Origin: Neocallimastix sp. 'constans' | Lineage: Eukaryota | Direction of reading: 5' to 3' | Assembly (NCBI GenBank): GCA_050613775.1 | Contig: JBODTK010000124.1 | Coordinates: 62,001-126,000, forward strand | DNA length: 64,000 nt | Part shown: positions 33,431 to 53,449 of the stretch, piece after piece | How the letters are laid out: each line of letters begins with the position of its first letter | Position numbering within the stretch: position 1 is the stretch's first letter | The notes under the pieces: model-generated | Told to the model about the DNA's origin: nothing | Databases searched by the model: none | The model's input: the letters and a program-made list of their open reading frames with translations, nothing else | Program-made: the position numbers and the translations under genes

Positions 33431-36217
33431 AAGGTAAAATTAATTTAAAAAAAAAAGTTTATTTTGTTTTTCAAATTAATCAAAAATAAATGAATTTTAT
33501 TTCTCTTATATATACATTTATTTATTTTGTTGCTTTAATACATTATATAAAAAAATAAATATTTATAACTTTTTTTTTAATTTATTATTTTTTAATTTTT
33601 TTTTTTTTTTTTTTTTTTTTTATTTCTATTTTTTTTATTTTATTTTATTTTATTTTATTTTATTTTATTTTTATTTTTTTTTAATTGTTCTTTAATGAAA
33701 TTGCAAATTTATTACTTTTATATTATTATAAATTTTAATTTATAAACCATATTCATTTGAAATATTATAACTTTTATGAATAAATCTGAAATTAATATGA
33801 AATTTATAAATTATATATATTAATATATTTCGAAATTAGAAATTCAATGAAATTATAAGATATATGATGTATTATATGTATAATAATTCAATTAATAATA
33901 ATAATTATAATAAAATATATGAAAAGAATTAATAATAATTATAATAACAACAACAATAATAATAACAACATATTTATTATTAATCTATCAAAAATTTTAA
34001 ATACTTAATTTTCAAATTTCAATTTTTTTTTTTTTTTAATTGTAACAATATAGATTAAATATTAATAACAACATTATTCAAATAATTTTTGTTCAAATAT
34101 AATATATAAATGAATAAATATTTATATAATAAAAATTCCTCTGAAAAAGTTAATGAAAAGAATTAATTTTTAATTGTATTTAAATAAGAAACATCCATTA
34201 TATCCATTAAAATTATTAATAATTTTATTAAACATTCTAAAAAAATATTGAAAATTTATTTTATAGATTTAAATTTCATGTATTAGTCTTTATTAATTAT
34301 ATAAATAATTTATATATTATTCATTTAAAATTATAATTAGCAAAACATTTCTAATTTCTTTTAATTATTATACATATATATTTATATATATATATAAAAC
34401 AAGGTATAATTACTTTTGAGGATTTTATGATAGAAATATTAATATTATAAGAAACAAAATTATAAATATATTTAATAATTTTTTTTTAAAATTTTAATTA
34501 TAATATTTGTAATTATATTAAATTTTAAAAAATTTTTTATTCAAAAAAAAAAAAAAAAAGAAAAAAAAAACGAAGATTAATCAATTTAGAATAATATTAT
34601 TAACTCGGCTAAATTAAATTATATTCATAAATTCTATCAATTAGAAAATTTTCCAACTTTTAATTTGTTAAAATATATATATTTAATGTTTATTATTATT
34701 TATTATTTATATATTTATATATTTATTATTATTAATATATAATTAAATTAAAATCACACAATTTTTTTTAATTACATATATAAATACATACTTACTTAGC
34801 AATTATTTTTTTTCATATTTTTTTGTGATACCTTTTAAATCTTAATTTTTACACTTTAAAACAATAATTACTTGAATTTTAATTAGCAGTAATAGTTTTT
34901 ATTATATTATTATAAGAATTCATTCAGTATAATAATATAACTACAGATATTTTTTTTGTATATTTAATTTAATACTAAAAGATGGGAATAAAAATAATAA
35001 CATTTAATGGTATAATATATAACTATATTAAAATTATTGGTTTGGTTATTCCAAATAATTTAGAAAGTCCATGAAATTTCTGTATTAAATTTATTATTAG
35101 AATATTAATTATGCTGAATATACAAAATTTATTTATTAATTATTAAGAAATTAAAATAAAATAAGTTCAAAAATTCATAATTTAAAAGATATTATAAAAA
35201 ATCTATTAAAGTTTGTATACTTTCTTAATAACAAATAGTTATTTTTAATTAGAATAAAGTATTTTTTTTTTTACTATTATTATAATTATTAAATAATAAT
35301 AAAATTATATTATTATTAATACTATAATTTTAATTTTAATATATAAAAGTATAAAAAATATTTTAATAGAAATTAAAATTTTTATGGTAAAAATAAATAT
35401 ACTAATATCCATTAATGTTAACGAAAATCATTTTGGAGGATCTATTCTAATATGATTTCTTATAACATATTTTATTATATATAATCAATTATATATTTTT
35501 CACATTGAATATATTATTATTAATGCTAATTTATATTGATATTTTTATATAAACTCTTATATCAAATAATCAGCTTGAATAATATATATAATATATATAT
35601 GTATAAAAAATAATAAATAAATAAAATTCGTCAATTTTTTATATTGAAACTAAAAAATTTATTAATTCCATACAATATTTAGGTACTTTTCGTATTTTGT
35701 AAATAATAATAATAATAATAATAAACAATAATAATAATACAATAATAATAATATATTTTATATATATATATATTTATTTTGTATTAAAATATCTTCGTTT
35801 TATAATTATTAAAAAAAAATAGTTGAATAATAATAAAATTTTTAATATTATCAAATAAAAAAATATTCATAAAAATTTTTTTTCTTTAAAACCAGAAATA
35901 AAACGTTAATAGAAATTAAATAATTCTTTTTATTAAAAATATATATACGATTAAGTAAAATATAAAAATATAATTAATAATAATAAATAATAAACAATAT
36001 ATAATAATAAATTTTTTATAATTGAACTTACTAACTTTTGATAGCATTAAAAATTTTATCATTTATCATATTTTTTATAATATATTCTTATCTTAAATAC
36101 TACAATTTATTTTTTTATCTAAACTAAAGGCTTATAATAACCTATCTATGATTAAAGGGTAAATAAAAATTTTCAAGATAAAGTTGTGGCTTCTAATTAA
36201 AATTTTATATATTAAAA

Positions 36218-36248
<31 letters not shown>

Positions 36249-37140
36249 ATAGATGCACTTTAATATTAATAAAGTTTGTTAAAATAAAAAATAATTAGAT
36301 AATATATAAAATACATATAATTTAATATTTATGAATAATATTTTATTATATTATAGTCGTTTATTAACTGTTAAATAACATAATATATAATCAATAAATA
36401 ATTTAGAGTTTTGTTATCTTTGATATATATTTTATTTTTATTTTTTCTTTTTTGTTTAATATAAAGTTAATATAAAGTCAATTTGTAATATATAGTAGCA
36501 ATATAATGACTTAAATAATTATAGTATAAATTTATTGCATTTTTTATTGATATAATCCTTGGATCGAGGAAGATATTGAAATTAATTTATTAAATTTATT
36601 AAAGTATTATTTAATTACTTATTTAATTTTGTTATTATTATTTCATATATTTATTGATTATACATTTAAAACTATCAAACATCTTTTTCACACACTTCTC
36701 TTGATTCAGAAAAATGTTTTATTTATATGAAAAATGATTATAATTAACTATTTAGTAGTTGTTAACTATATAAAGATAAAAAAATGATTAAAACATATTT
36801 ATTTATAAATTTTATTATTTCTTATTTTATTAATTATAAGTATAATTAATGTTAAAAATCAAGCCACTTATTAAGAATATTATGAAATCATTAGAATTAA
36901 ATTTGATTTATGACATTAATTTATGTTTGAATGATAAAAACTATTTTATATTAATTAAGGTTTGAAAATTTGTATTTTATATCATTATCATTACATGTAA
37001 AATATGATAAAATTTTTATTATCATTAAACAATTAAATTTAAATATATCATATATTTCAATTGACTGTCTATATTTTAACTTTTATTTTTTATTGATATG
37101 AAATATGTAAATTCAAAATGATTAAGAAAATAAAAAAATT

Positions 37141-37440
37141 ATTTATTATTTATTATTTATTATTTATTATTTATTATTTATTATTTATTATTTATTATTT
37201 ATTATTTATTATTTATTATTTATTATTTATTATTTATTATTTATTATTTATTATTTATTATTTATTATTTATTATTTATTATTTATTATTTATTATTTAT
37301 TATTTATTATTTATTATTTATTATTTATTATTTATTATTTATTATTTATTATTTATTATTTATTATTTATTATTTATTATTTATTATTTATTATTTATTT
37401 ATTATTTATTATTTATTATTTATTATTTATTATTTATTAT
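37141..37440. repeat. (TTATTTA)n heptamer array
   Basis: About 40 copies. Confidence 0.95.
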
Positions 37441-38469
37441 TCAATTATTCATTTATTTATTATAATTTATAATTTACCATTAATCCTTTTCTTTAATTAT
37501 AGTATTTATAATTTAATATTAAATTTGAATTAATAAGTTATTATATTTATTAATGTTTATACTTTAGATTTATTATTTATTAATATTTAATAAAATTTTA
37601 ATATTTTAAATTTGTTATTAGATATAATTAAATTGTGTCATTTTAATATGCATATATTTTTAACTACAATCATCATAAAAACTATGAAACATACTATATA
37701 TATTGCAAATAATATGTCATGATTATTATTATTAAACTAATATATATATATGTACTTATATTTGTGGTTAATCAGTTATTGAAATATTATTAATAAATAT
37801 ATCAAGTTCTTTTTATAGGTTTCCTTTATTGTGTGAAGTAATAATTAGATCAATAAAACTTTTATCTAATTGTAAATATAGAATATAATAATATTATGAA
37901 AACTATTAAAAAAGGTACCTTAATTTGAAATATAAATTATTCGTTGATAAAATGATAAATATATTAAACGCTATATGATTATTTTACTTATATCTTATTA
38001 TTTGACTTTGATAAATAATAATTCATGCTCATTTTCGAATTAAATTTGCTTTTGTGATTAAAAAATTATAAAAACAAAACTATTAAAGTCTTATATATTT
38101 AAGTTAATATATATATATTCGTATAGTATTTTATTGAGATAATGAAAATTTATTATTTTACTATTAATCTAACAATTATATATAGATATATAAATATATA
38201 AATATATATATAATATTAATTTTATTATTTTTAGAGTAATTATCATATAAAAAAACATAAAAATATCATAATATATTATATAGAATAGAAATTTATTTTT
38301 TGAATTCAATAGATATATAAAGGTCTTGTTCAATAGAATGATTATCATGAAAAATACTTTTCTTAATTTTAACTTTTTTTTATTATTTATTCCTTGGTAT
38401 ATTTAATTTATTTAATAAAATATTAAATTATATGATAATAAATTATTTTATTTATAATTAAATTATAAA

Positions 38470-38740
38470 TAAAATAAATAATAAATAATAAAATAATTAA
38501 TAATAAATAATACATAATAAATAATAAATAATAAATAATAAATAATAAATAATAAATAATAAATAATAAATAATAAATAATAAATAATAAATAATAAATA
38601 ATAAATAATAAATAATAAATAATAAATAATAAATAATAAATAATAAATAATAAATAATAAATAATAAATAATAAATAATAAATAATAAATAATAAATAAT
38701 AAATAATAAATAATAAATAATAAATAATAAATAATAATAA
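38470..38740. repeat. (TAAATAA)n heptamer array
   Basis: Reverse complement of the 37141-37440 unit. Confidence 0.95.
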
Positions 38741-41298
38741 TAAATAAAATAATTAAAAAATAATATTGTAAATGTAATTAATATATATTATATAAAATTA
38801 ATATAATTAATTCAAAAAATATAATAAATTTATAATTATATTGCTATATATAATAATATAATATGTTATAATTGTATTAATAAATAATAAAATTTCAAAA
38901 ATTTAATTATTTTTTATACTTTTTTTTATTATTTTTTTATTATTTTTTACAATATTTTTATTAATTTCTATATTGTAAAGAAAAATAAATTCAAACTATT
39001 ATAAAGTAAAATAAAGTTAAAGGGAGGATTTAAAAAAATAAAAGATATATAATACTATTATATTTGTAGTAAAGTTAAAAGTATGAAAATATGATATTTT
39101 ATTTTTTACTTTAAAGATTATACTGAAATATATTGTATGAAATATTATATATATTTAATTATTTATTATTTGATGGAATAACTTTAAAACAACAGAAATA
39201 GAACTAAGTTAATAAAAAAAATAAAAATAAATAAATAAAAAATTAAAAAAAAAAAACAAAAAAAAGAAAAAATAAAAAGAAAATAATAAATAAATAAAAG
39301 TGAAAACAGAACAAAAATAAATAGTAAAATATATTGTTTAGAATAAATTTGAAATTTAAAATTTAAAGAATTATATACTTTTATTTATTTATTATTTTTT
39401 TTTTTTGTAATAAATAATAATTATATGTATAAAATATTAAATTATTTCTGCATAAATAATAGTGGATATTTATATTTTAAATTTATAAATGGCTAAAAAT
39501 AATAAAATATACTTTATTTATTTATAAAAGACAATGAAATTACTGTTTATACAATTTAAAAAGTATTAAAATTTTAGTGAAAATTTAATAAAGACAATAA
39601 AACATTCAATTATGTTATAATATCATAATAATAATACAAAAAATTTCTTTTCATTAAAATATCAATATTTAATATTTTGATGAAAAGAATTTTTTGTTAT
39701 ACATATTAAATATCATTATAAAGATTTTATTTAGAAATGAAATTTCAAGAATATAGATTATATGTATCTAACAACTATTATAATTAATATCAATTAAATA
39801 ATAATAAAATAAATTTAAAAAGAATATATTTATATAATTTAAATATTCGTATTATTAATAATTTAGGATAATAATAAAATGTGAAAGAAAAAAGTTTAAA
39901 TAATAATATAAATTTAATAATATATTTTTATAGCAACAATAATAATAATAAATTATAATAATTCATAGTAAATAATAAATAATAATAAATAATAATAAAA
40001 CGATAAAATATTAATAATGATAATAATAATATAAAGGAAAGATATTTAATATATCATTTGAATTATAATCTTTAACATTAAAATAAAATTGAAATATTTA
40101 TATATGTTAGTAATATTATTTAACAAAATTATATTATTTTCTTGTTATATGTATAAATTTATTTCATATTTAATTTTAATATCCATATATCCTTAATTTA
40201 ATTTTGATAACCTTCTTATATACAATAAATAAATTAAAATTCTGATAATGAAGAGGTATATTATATAAATTATTAATTAGTTTTTATTAATATTATTAAA
40301 TATAAATAATACTGAAAAATTTAATTTTATTTTTGTTATGTTTAAATATTTTAAAATTATTAAATATATTAAAATAAAATTATTTTTTTTATTATTACAT
40401 AATCGTCAAAATTAGTTTCAATACAGCAAATTAGAATTCTTAATATAAAAATAAATTTTGTATTATTATTAATAAATGTATACCTTTAAAATTTTATTTA
40501 CATTAAATGTAATGGCAATTTAAAGTAATAAAACATAATAAAAATCAATTTATTTTATTATTTTCTTCAAATTTCTAATATTTCATAATAATCAATATAT
40601 ATATCATTAATTAATTATTAAATATTTTATTAATAATAAAATCATAATAAAATAAAATAAAAGAATATTTATTTATTTTATTATCTTCCACAATAAATCA
40701 ATTCTGATTTATTATTAATTTTTTTTAGAAAAATAATAAATAATAAATAATAAACTATTTTTCTTTCATCATCGTTTTTCATAAAATTTATATTTTTTCC
40801 CGTTAATGTTAACTTAGCAGTAGTTTTACTTAAATTTAGTTTCAAAATATTATTTATTAATGACATTGCAATAATAAATATTATATACAAAATATTATTT
40901 AGTAGTTGACATTGCAATAATAAATATACACTAGAATACATTCAAATATTTTTATTTTTGTTTAATAAAATTACATAATACTATACATATTATTATTTTA
41001 TAAGTATATAAATGAAATAAGAAATATTCAAGTTATTTTTAGAAGACAAAATTATAAAATTATTGGTATATGAATTAAAAAGTATAAATTATTGAATTAA
41101 TACAATAAAAAGTACATTTTTTTCTTTTATCAAAAAGATATTGAAATTAAAAAAAAAGGAAATTATATATATATTAGAATAAATTAATCGGTTAATTAAT
41201 TAAAAAATAGTTATATTTTTCCTTTTTATCTTTAAATTTATATTTTATAAAAATTAATAATTTAATATAATTTAATATAATTACACAATAAATTAAAA

Positions 41299-45015
<3,717 letters not shown>

Positions 45016-45195
45016 TGAAATGGATAAATAAGTGTTTTTAATAAAAATACAAAAACGAAAAAAAAAAAAAAAAAAAAAAAAAAACATATAATCAAACACA
45101 AAATCAAATCAAACATAAATAAAAAAAGAAAGTTAATAATGCAATATATATATATATATATACTTTTCTCTTTTTAATTTAAACATTAATATATT

Positions 45196-45243
<48 letters not shown>

Positions 45244-45455
45244 TAAATTATTCTATTAAAATATATTTATAACATAGCATATATTATATATTTTCATTCT
45301 AAAAATAAACCCTTACTCCTTTTTTTTTTCTTCGCTCTCAAAAATTAATCCTTTGTATTTTTTTTTTTTTTTTTTTTTTTATTTTTTTTTATTGTTATTT
45401 ATTTATTTTTTTTTTCTTTAAAAAAAAAAAAAAATGAAAATGAAAAAATGAAAAA

Positions 45456-45486
<31 letters not shown>

Positions 45487-45683
45487 TAGAAGAAGAATGA
45501 AATATATATATATATATACATATAATTACTATTTAGTTTATTAAATGTTATGCTCTTAAATCTAATTAAATAGATAATTTTAAATTAGCATAATATTATA
45601 TAATACAATCAAAGCCATTTTTTTTTTCTTTTAGAAAAAAAAAAAAAAAAAAAATAAAAAAAATTACCTATTCATTTTTAATT

Positions 45684-45714
<31 letters not shown>

Positions 45715-46290
45715 AAATATCTAGTTTCTTAAATAATATATAATTTTTTTTATTATTATTATTTCTTTTTTTTTTTTAAAAAAAAAATTTTATCCCAGTT
45801 TTAATTATTACTATTAATTAATCTATATACAAATAAATAAATTTTTATAATTTATAAATTTAAAATTTAAAATACATAAGATATATATATAAATGAACAT
45901 ATAAATAGGTATATTTAGTATTTTTTTTTTTTTTTTTTTTTTTATATTTCTTTTATTAGTAATCTTTTCCTTTATTACCTTTATTATAATTTTCATTTTT
46001 TTTTTTTTTTTTTTTTTTAAAAAAAAAATAAAAATAAAAATAAAAATAATAAAAAAGTTAAAATTCATTTATTCATTTAAAATTTAGAAATTAAAAAATT
46101 AATTTTCAAAAAATTTAGAAAGAAAAATAAAAAAATAAAAAAATAAAAAAAGAAAAAATAAAAATAAAAATAAAAAAAAAAATAAAAATAATAATAAAAA
46201 TAAAATAAAATTATATAAAATATAAATATATAAGATAATATTATAATAAAATAAAATTAAATAATAATTAAATTATAATTAAATAATAAT

Positions 46291-46321
<31 letters not shown>

Positions 46322-47070
46322 TTAAAATTATCAAATTATAATAAAATAAAATACAAATAATAATATAATTAAATCAAATTTAATCAAAAATAAAATATAT
46401 ATATAAATGTGTATATACTTTTTATAGATATTATTTATATAAAAAATAATATATATATATAATTGCTTGAGTAATTAATACGCATTAAATAGAAGAAAAA
46501 GAAAAAAAAAATATTTTTTTTTAAGAATATATAGAATTTTTAGTATTAAATTATAATCAATAAATAATAATTCATCATAAACGATAGAGTAAAATAAATA
46601 AATTTAAAAAAAAAAAAAAATAAAATAAAAAAAATTCAGCATTATACATTTATATATTATATAAATAAAAATAAATAATAAATAATACTAATTTTTTTTT
46701 TCTACTATTTATTATTATCTATTTTGATAATCCCATTTATTAAAATGAATTAAAAAAAAAAAAAAATCTTTTCTATATATTTATTTTTTTTTAAATGTTA
46801 TAAGGATAAATAAATTACGATTATTGAATAAAAAAAAAAAAAATTTTTTTTTAATAGAAATAAATAATAATAATAAAAATAAATTATAAAATTTTAAACT
46901 ACTTAAAAATATATTTATATAATATATAAATATATAACATTGAAAAATTTTTTTATATATATATATTCAAATTTTTTATTATTATAATTTTTTTTTTTTT
47001 ATTTTTTTTATATATTTTATTTATGTTATTGGTATCAATTATTTTATTGGTTACTTTAATATTTTTTTAT

Positions 47071-47126
<56 letters not shown>

Positions 47127-47213
47127 TCTCATAAAACAGTTTACTTATTTATTTTATAAATATGGTTGTTTGTTCATACTTTATCAAAAGTCAAGATGAA
47201 ATTTATTTTCATC

Positions 47214-48977
47214 TTATAATTCCATCTTAACAAACCAGTCACTTTCTTCAACTTTTTTAGCTTTACTATAATCTATCTTTTCAGCTGGTTTAATTTTTAA
47301 TTCACGAAGACAATCCTTAATAAATTGTGGTGCCTTATCTCCTACTCTAATAACACTATTATAATTCTTTGGAAGAGGTTTTGATCCTTTAACTTCTTCT
47401 AATCTAATTTTGTTACAGTCATTCATAGCCTTAAGGTAAAGGTAACCACGACATAAACCTTGATCTGGATCACCATCCTTAGAAACATAGGAAGCAGTTA
47501 AAAGTTTAGTGACAATAACATCACTACCATCTTCTAATAATTTTAAATCCTCAATTAAAGATTTCTTGTATTTTTCTTCATCTAAAATAATATTGAATGG
47601 AACTGGAGTAACAGTATTGTAACATAATTGTTCCTGAAAAATAATAAAAATATAGATTTTTTTTTTTTTTAATATTTTATTTATAATAGTTAAATAATAT
47701 TTGATTATGATATATTTTATTTTATTTTTATTATTAAATTATAAAAAAATAATAAAAATAATAAAAATAAATAAATAAATAATTAATTATTTAAAAAAAA
47801 AAAAAGTTAAGATATATAAATAATAGAATATATGTTATATTTATAATAATTAATTAATATAAATGTATATTTTATTATAAAAAGTTGACTTACTAATTCT
47901 TCACTAATATCGTCATCGTTCATTTCAATAACTATATATTATAAATATTGTTATTTTTTTTTTTTTTTATTTTTATTTTTATTTTTTTTTTAAAAATAGA
48001 CATATAATTTTTTATATGAAATATTATAATAAAAAAAATTTATCGTTAAACAACATTTTATCGATCTTTTTTTTTTTTAGAAATATTATATATTATTATA
48101 TTATTATGATATTAAATACTATTTATTATTAATTACATTTCTTAATTCCGTAAACTTGAACACCTAATTTACTGTACTTTTCTTGGTTATCACAAATGTC
48201 AGAACCTTCTGGAAGTTTAACTTTAATGTGAGTAGTAAGATATTGAGATTCTTCTGGAACAAGGAAATACTTTATTTATTATTTATTATATTTTATTTTA
48301 TTCATTATTATTATCATTATTATTTGGACAGTTATATAAATATTTGTTTTTTATTTAGTTATATATGATAATCATATTGAAAAATGATAAACAATAGTTA
48401 TATAAAAAATAATAAAATATTTATTATATTTTGGTTAATCTTAATATTTACATATTTATTTTTTAACTAATCTAATATATTCATATTATTAGATTTTGGT
48501 AACTCTTATTATTTATATTTTATTTTATCTTATTTATTTTATTTTTTTTTGAAAAAAAAAAAGAAGAAAAACTTTAAAATATTATTATTATTATTTTTAT
48601 TATTATTATTTTAAATTAAGATACTTTACTTGATTTGGACCTTTAACAGTGTCAAATAATTCTTGTTTGAGAGTTTTAGATGAAGAATCATCTTCACCAA
48701 TAAGGGTAACCTCAAAAGCGTTCTTTACAGAAATATTTGGTTGATTAAGGAATTCGACCATTTCTGGAATAAGTGGATCACAGAAGTTGACAGTGTAACC
48801 TACGTTTTCACAGGCATATTTAACAGGTAATAAAAAGGAATAATAAAGACGATCATTGGAAGTTAAAGCATTAGCATAAATACAAGTTGGTTGTTCAATT
48901 TTTTCGGTACTATTAGTTGCTGATTTAACTAAACCAACAACAAATAAAGAAACAAATAAAAATAAGACCTGCTTCAT
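47214..48977 (-). CDS. Unknown signal-peptide protein, 312 aa, 4 exons
   Basis: Exons 48977-48630, 48269-48137, 47931-47894 and 47633-47214 join in frame with GT-AG ends. Hydrophobic N-terminus; ends in KMEL. Confidence 0.85.
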
Positions 48978-51460
48978 TTTTAATGTATTATTGTTAAAAT
49001 ATATTTTTATTATTTGTTTTAATTTTTAATTTTTTATTATTTATTGATGTATTGTTATTATTATTTTGTTGTATTATTCTTTTTTTCTTTTTTTTTTTTT
49101 TTTTTATTTATTTTTTATTTTTTAATATTTTTTCGATAAATATATTATATTTTCCCCTTTAATATTATTATTTTTATAAATTTTAAACAAAATTAACCCC
49201 CAAAAAAATAATTAAAATTTTTGAATAAAATTATACAGAATAAAACAATTAGTATTTAAAATTTTTGTAATAATAATTATATATATATTGATATATAGTT
49301 TTATAAAGTTTTTTTTTTAATTAATAAATAAAAATAAAATTAGATAAAAAAAAAAGCAAAAAAAAACAATAATATTTATATTTTCTATAAAATTATTTAA
49401 ATATTATATACCTTTAATGATAAATAAAAAAAAAAATCAGTATTTTTTTTTTAATTTAAACTTTAATGGTAAGAAATAAATTGATAGAAAAGAAAAAAAA
49501 AATATTATAAAGTTTATAAATATTTTAAGCTTTTAAGGAAATTCTTATTCTTTTTATATAAAACAAAATTTTAATAAATTATAATCAAAATCAATTAAAT
49601 TATTCGAAAATTTTTTTTTTATTTTTTTAATTAATTAAAAATTAATTTTTTAAAATATAAATTTTGTTAATTATATTTAATACATATCATCACATAATCA
49701 CTTTATCTTAAATTATTATTAATTATTGGTTAGTTAAAGGATTAGGTGTATTATATTATTTATATATATATCATTTAATAATATTTTATATATTTGTATA
49801 TTAATTATTATTAAATCATAATATTTATTATTTAAATATTTATTTTAATATTGTCTCAGATTTATTAATTTACGTACATTTCTAATAATGGTTGTACAAA
49901 CAATACATGTAAGAAGATAATACCAATAGAGAATAGATTATGAAACAAAAACAAATTCAGGAAAAAAAAAAAAAAAAAGGTACCAATTTGTAAATATTTT
50001 AAAATAGTTTTATATTTATTTATCTATTTTTGTATTTTTATTAGTATTTTCATTATTAACTAAATCTATTATAATATAAATATATTAAATACTAATACAC
50101 ATACATATATAATAAATTTAATTTTTTTTTTTATTGTTTTCTTTTTTCCTTTTTATTTAAAACATTAATAATTGAAAATATTAAATTATTCATAAATAAA
50201 AATAAACAAAAAATCATTAATAGTAATATTATAATAATAATAATTCTTTTAGTATATTTTTTTTTAGTATTATTTCTAATAAAAAAAATATAATTATAAT
50301 TAAAAAAAATTTATTAATATATTTTTTTTTATTATAATTATTATTAAACAAAATAATGATTTAAAAAAAAATTGTAATGTCCGTCATTTATTGGTTAACT
50401 TTTAATTAATATATATATATATATATTTTTCATTTGACAGTTAAGATTTTAAGGAAAATTTTTCATTATAGAAATAAAAAATAAATCATGAAAAAAAGAT
50501 TTTAATAATAGTTAAACTTTTTTTTATATTTTTTATAATTATTATTATTATAAATGTTATTATTATATTTTTTATAATAACAATTATTATTATTATAAAT
50601 GTTATTATTACTATTAAAATGATTCAATATAAATAAAAAATTATATAATATTTTGATATAAAGTAAATATTATTGGTTAAATATTTTATTGTTTTAATAT
50701 ACATAAGAGATAAAAATTAAAGGCAAAAACAATACCACCAATAAATGATATACAACTATAATATTAGGTAAAGGCAACAAAAAATAGGAGAAAAAACATT
50801 ATATATTTATTAAAATTATTATATATATATAAATATGATTATATAATATTAACTTTTTTTTTTTTTTTTTTTTTTTTTTTCTTACAATTTTTTAGAAAAA
50901 TTACTATTACTACCACTACTACTACTATTATTATTATTATTATATGTATATAATTATTATACTACAAAAAAAAAAAAAAAAAAAAAATACAAATTTAATG
51001 ATATAAAGTTCAGTATACAAAAAAAAAAAAAAATTTATTTAATTCATTATAAAAAATATAAATTAAGTAAATGATCATAAATCCTTAATGAAAATAATTT
51101 TATTTTTTTAAATAGAAGAATATATATAAGAAAAAATTTGTATTTAAATAAAAAAATAAAAACATTGATTTGATTTTAACTTTATTTTTTATAAAAATAC
51201 ATATATATATATTTTTTTTACTTTAATAAAAATTAATAATAGAAATATATATATATATATTTTATAAAATAAAATAAAAAAATATTATTTATATTATTAA
51301 AAATTATTTAAATAAAATGCTTTAATTAAAAAAATTTTATTATAAAAATTTTTCAGATAAAATGTAAAGTTAAAACAAAATTTATATTAATTATTATCTT
51401 ATTTATTTAAATTTATTTATTTTTGTTTATTTTTGGTATATACTAATTTTTTTTATACAT

Positions 51461-51501
<41 letters not shown>

Positions 51502-51598
51502 ATAATTATGAAAAAAAAATTTTTTTTATTAGGATAGTGTTTTATTATATTATAGTTATAGTATATGTAACTATTGGTTAAATTAAATAATATTAAGT

Positions 51599-51773
51599 TT
51601 AATCATCATCCTTAGAGATATATATTGAATGATAATTTGGAAATATTAATAATTCATCAATAGCTGCCTTAATTTTACTTATTAAAAATCCCTCAATCTT
51701 ACTGATATTCTTAAGCACTATGAAATTTAAATACAATTAATGAATATTTATTTATTTATTTATTAATATAATC

Positions 51774-51839
<66 letters not shown>

Positions 51840-51849
51840 TAATTTACAA

Positions 51850-51880
<31 letters not shown>

Positions 51881-53371
51881 AAATTAAACGATTAGTATAA
51901 TTGATATTAAATTTAAAATTATTAGAATAATTAAAAAAAAGTAAATAATATCTATTTTTGTTATATATATATATAAAATTGTTTACCTTGTTTATTTTCA
52001 TCACCCAATTCGGATTCAAGTCGTACATCTTCAATTAGACTAATATTAAATATATATATAATAATATTTAATTAATTAAAATTATATTGAAGATTTGAAA
52101 AAGTAAATAAACATACATAATATATAATAATATATATAATCATATATATATTTATAAATATTAAATAATAATTTATTTTACAATACCTTTCACTTTCTTC
52201 AGGTTCTTTGAAACAAAAGTTTATTTGTTTTCCAATATATGCTATGACTGCAACACCTATTTCATTATAGCAATAATATAATATTATTGATAATAAAAAT
52301 ATATATATATATTTATTATTATTTATTAATATTAATTTTAATCATTAAATAGTTATTTTTATTATTTATGTTAAGGGAAATTATTTTTAATAAAAAGTCT
52401 TATTAATATTAATATTTTATTTTTATTTTTATTTTATTTATTGTTACTCTCATTATTATCTAATAATTATTATTATTTATGACTATCATTTATTATTATT
52501 TATAATATTTATTTAATATTTATTATTATTATTATTAATATTAATATGTTTTATGTTTTACCTTTAAATGATATACCCTTTAAAGCTAATTTTATAGGAA
52601 GCGTCATAAAAGCTGGTGTTGGTTTATTTAAAATTAATGCTGTAGATACCGTTAATCTAAGATTACCCCGGTATACTACTTCTAACTCAACTTGAATATC
52701 AAGATTTAAAGATTTTGGTGGAGAAGGTTTATTTGAATTTTGTTGAGAAGAACCTGAAATTGTAGTATTGTTATAGAATTCACTTTCATTTTTATCATTA
52801 AGGTCTTCATGAGAACGAGGTTCACTAGTTTCAATTTCACTACCAGCATCAGCATCAACTGTACTTGCTGGATGATCAATACTACTTATTTCTTCTTCTG
52901 TGCCTATATCCAATTCATTTTTTAAAATATCTGTTATAATAGGTTGACTTGAGGAAGCAATTGATTTAATAATATGTTCTTTTGTATTATTATTATTATT
53001 ATTGTTGTTGTTGTTGCTATTAGTAGTAGTATTAGCCATAGTAGTATTATTTATATTATTATCATTTTCGGTTTCACTTGTTGCATTACTTTGATTATCT
53101 ACTTCACCAATAGTATTTCTTAATAAAAAGGAAGTTAAATTATTGAAGTCAAATGATATATCACCTTTTTTTTTTTTTTTTTTTTTTTTAAAAAATTTAT
53201 ACATTTATATTTATTTATTTAATAGTTTATTATTATAAATACAATAATAATAAAAATAATATAATAATAATAATTTAATAGAAAAAGTATTATATTAAAT
53301 ATATATTTAATAATGTTCAATTATATTATAAATATTTAACAAAATAATTAATTATTTAGTAAAATAGTATA

Positions 53372-53449
<78 letters not shown>

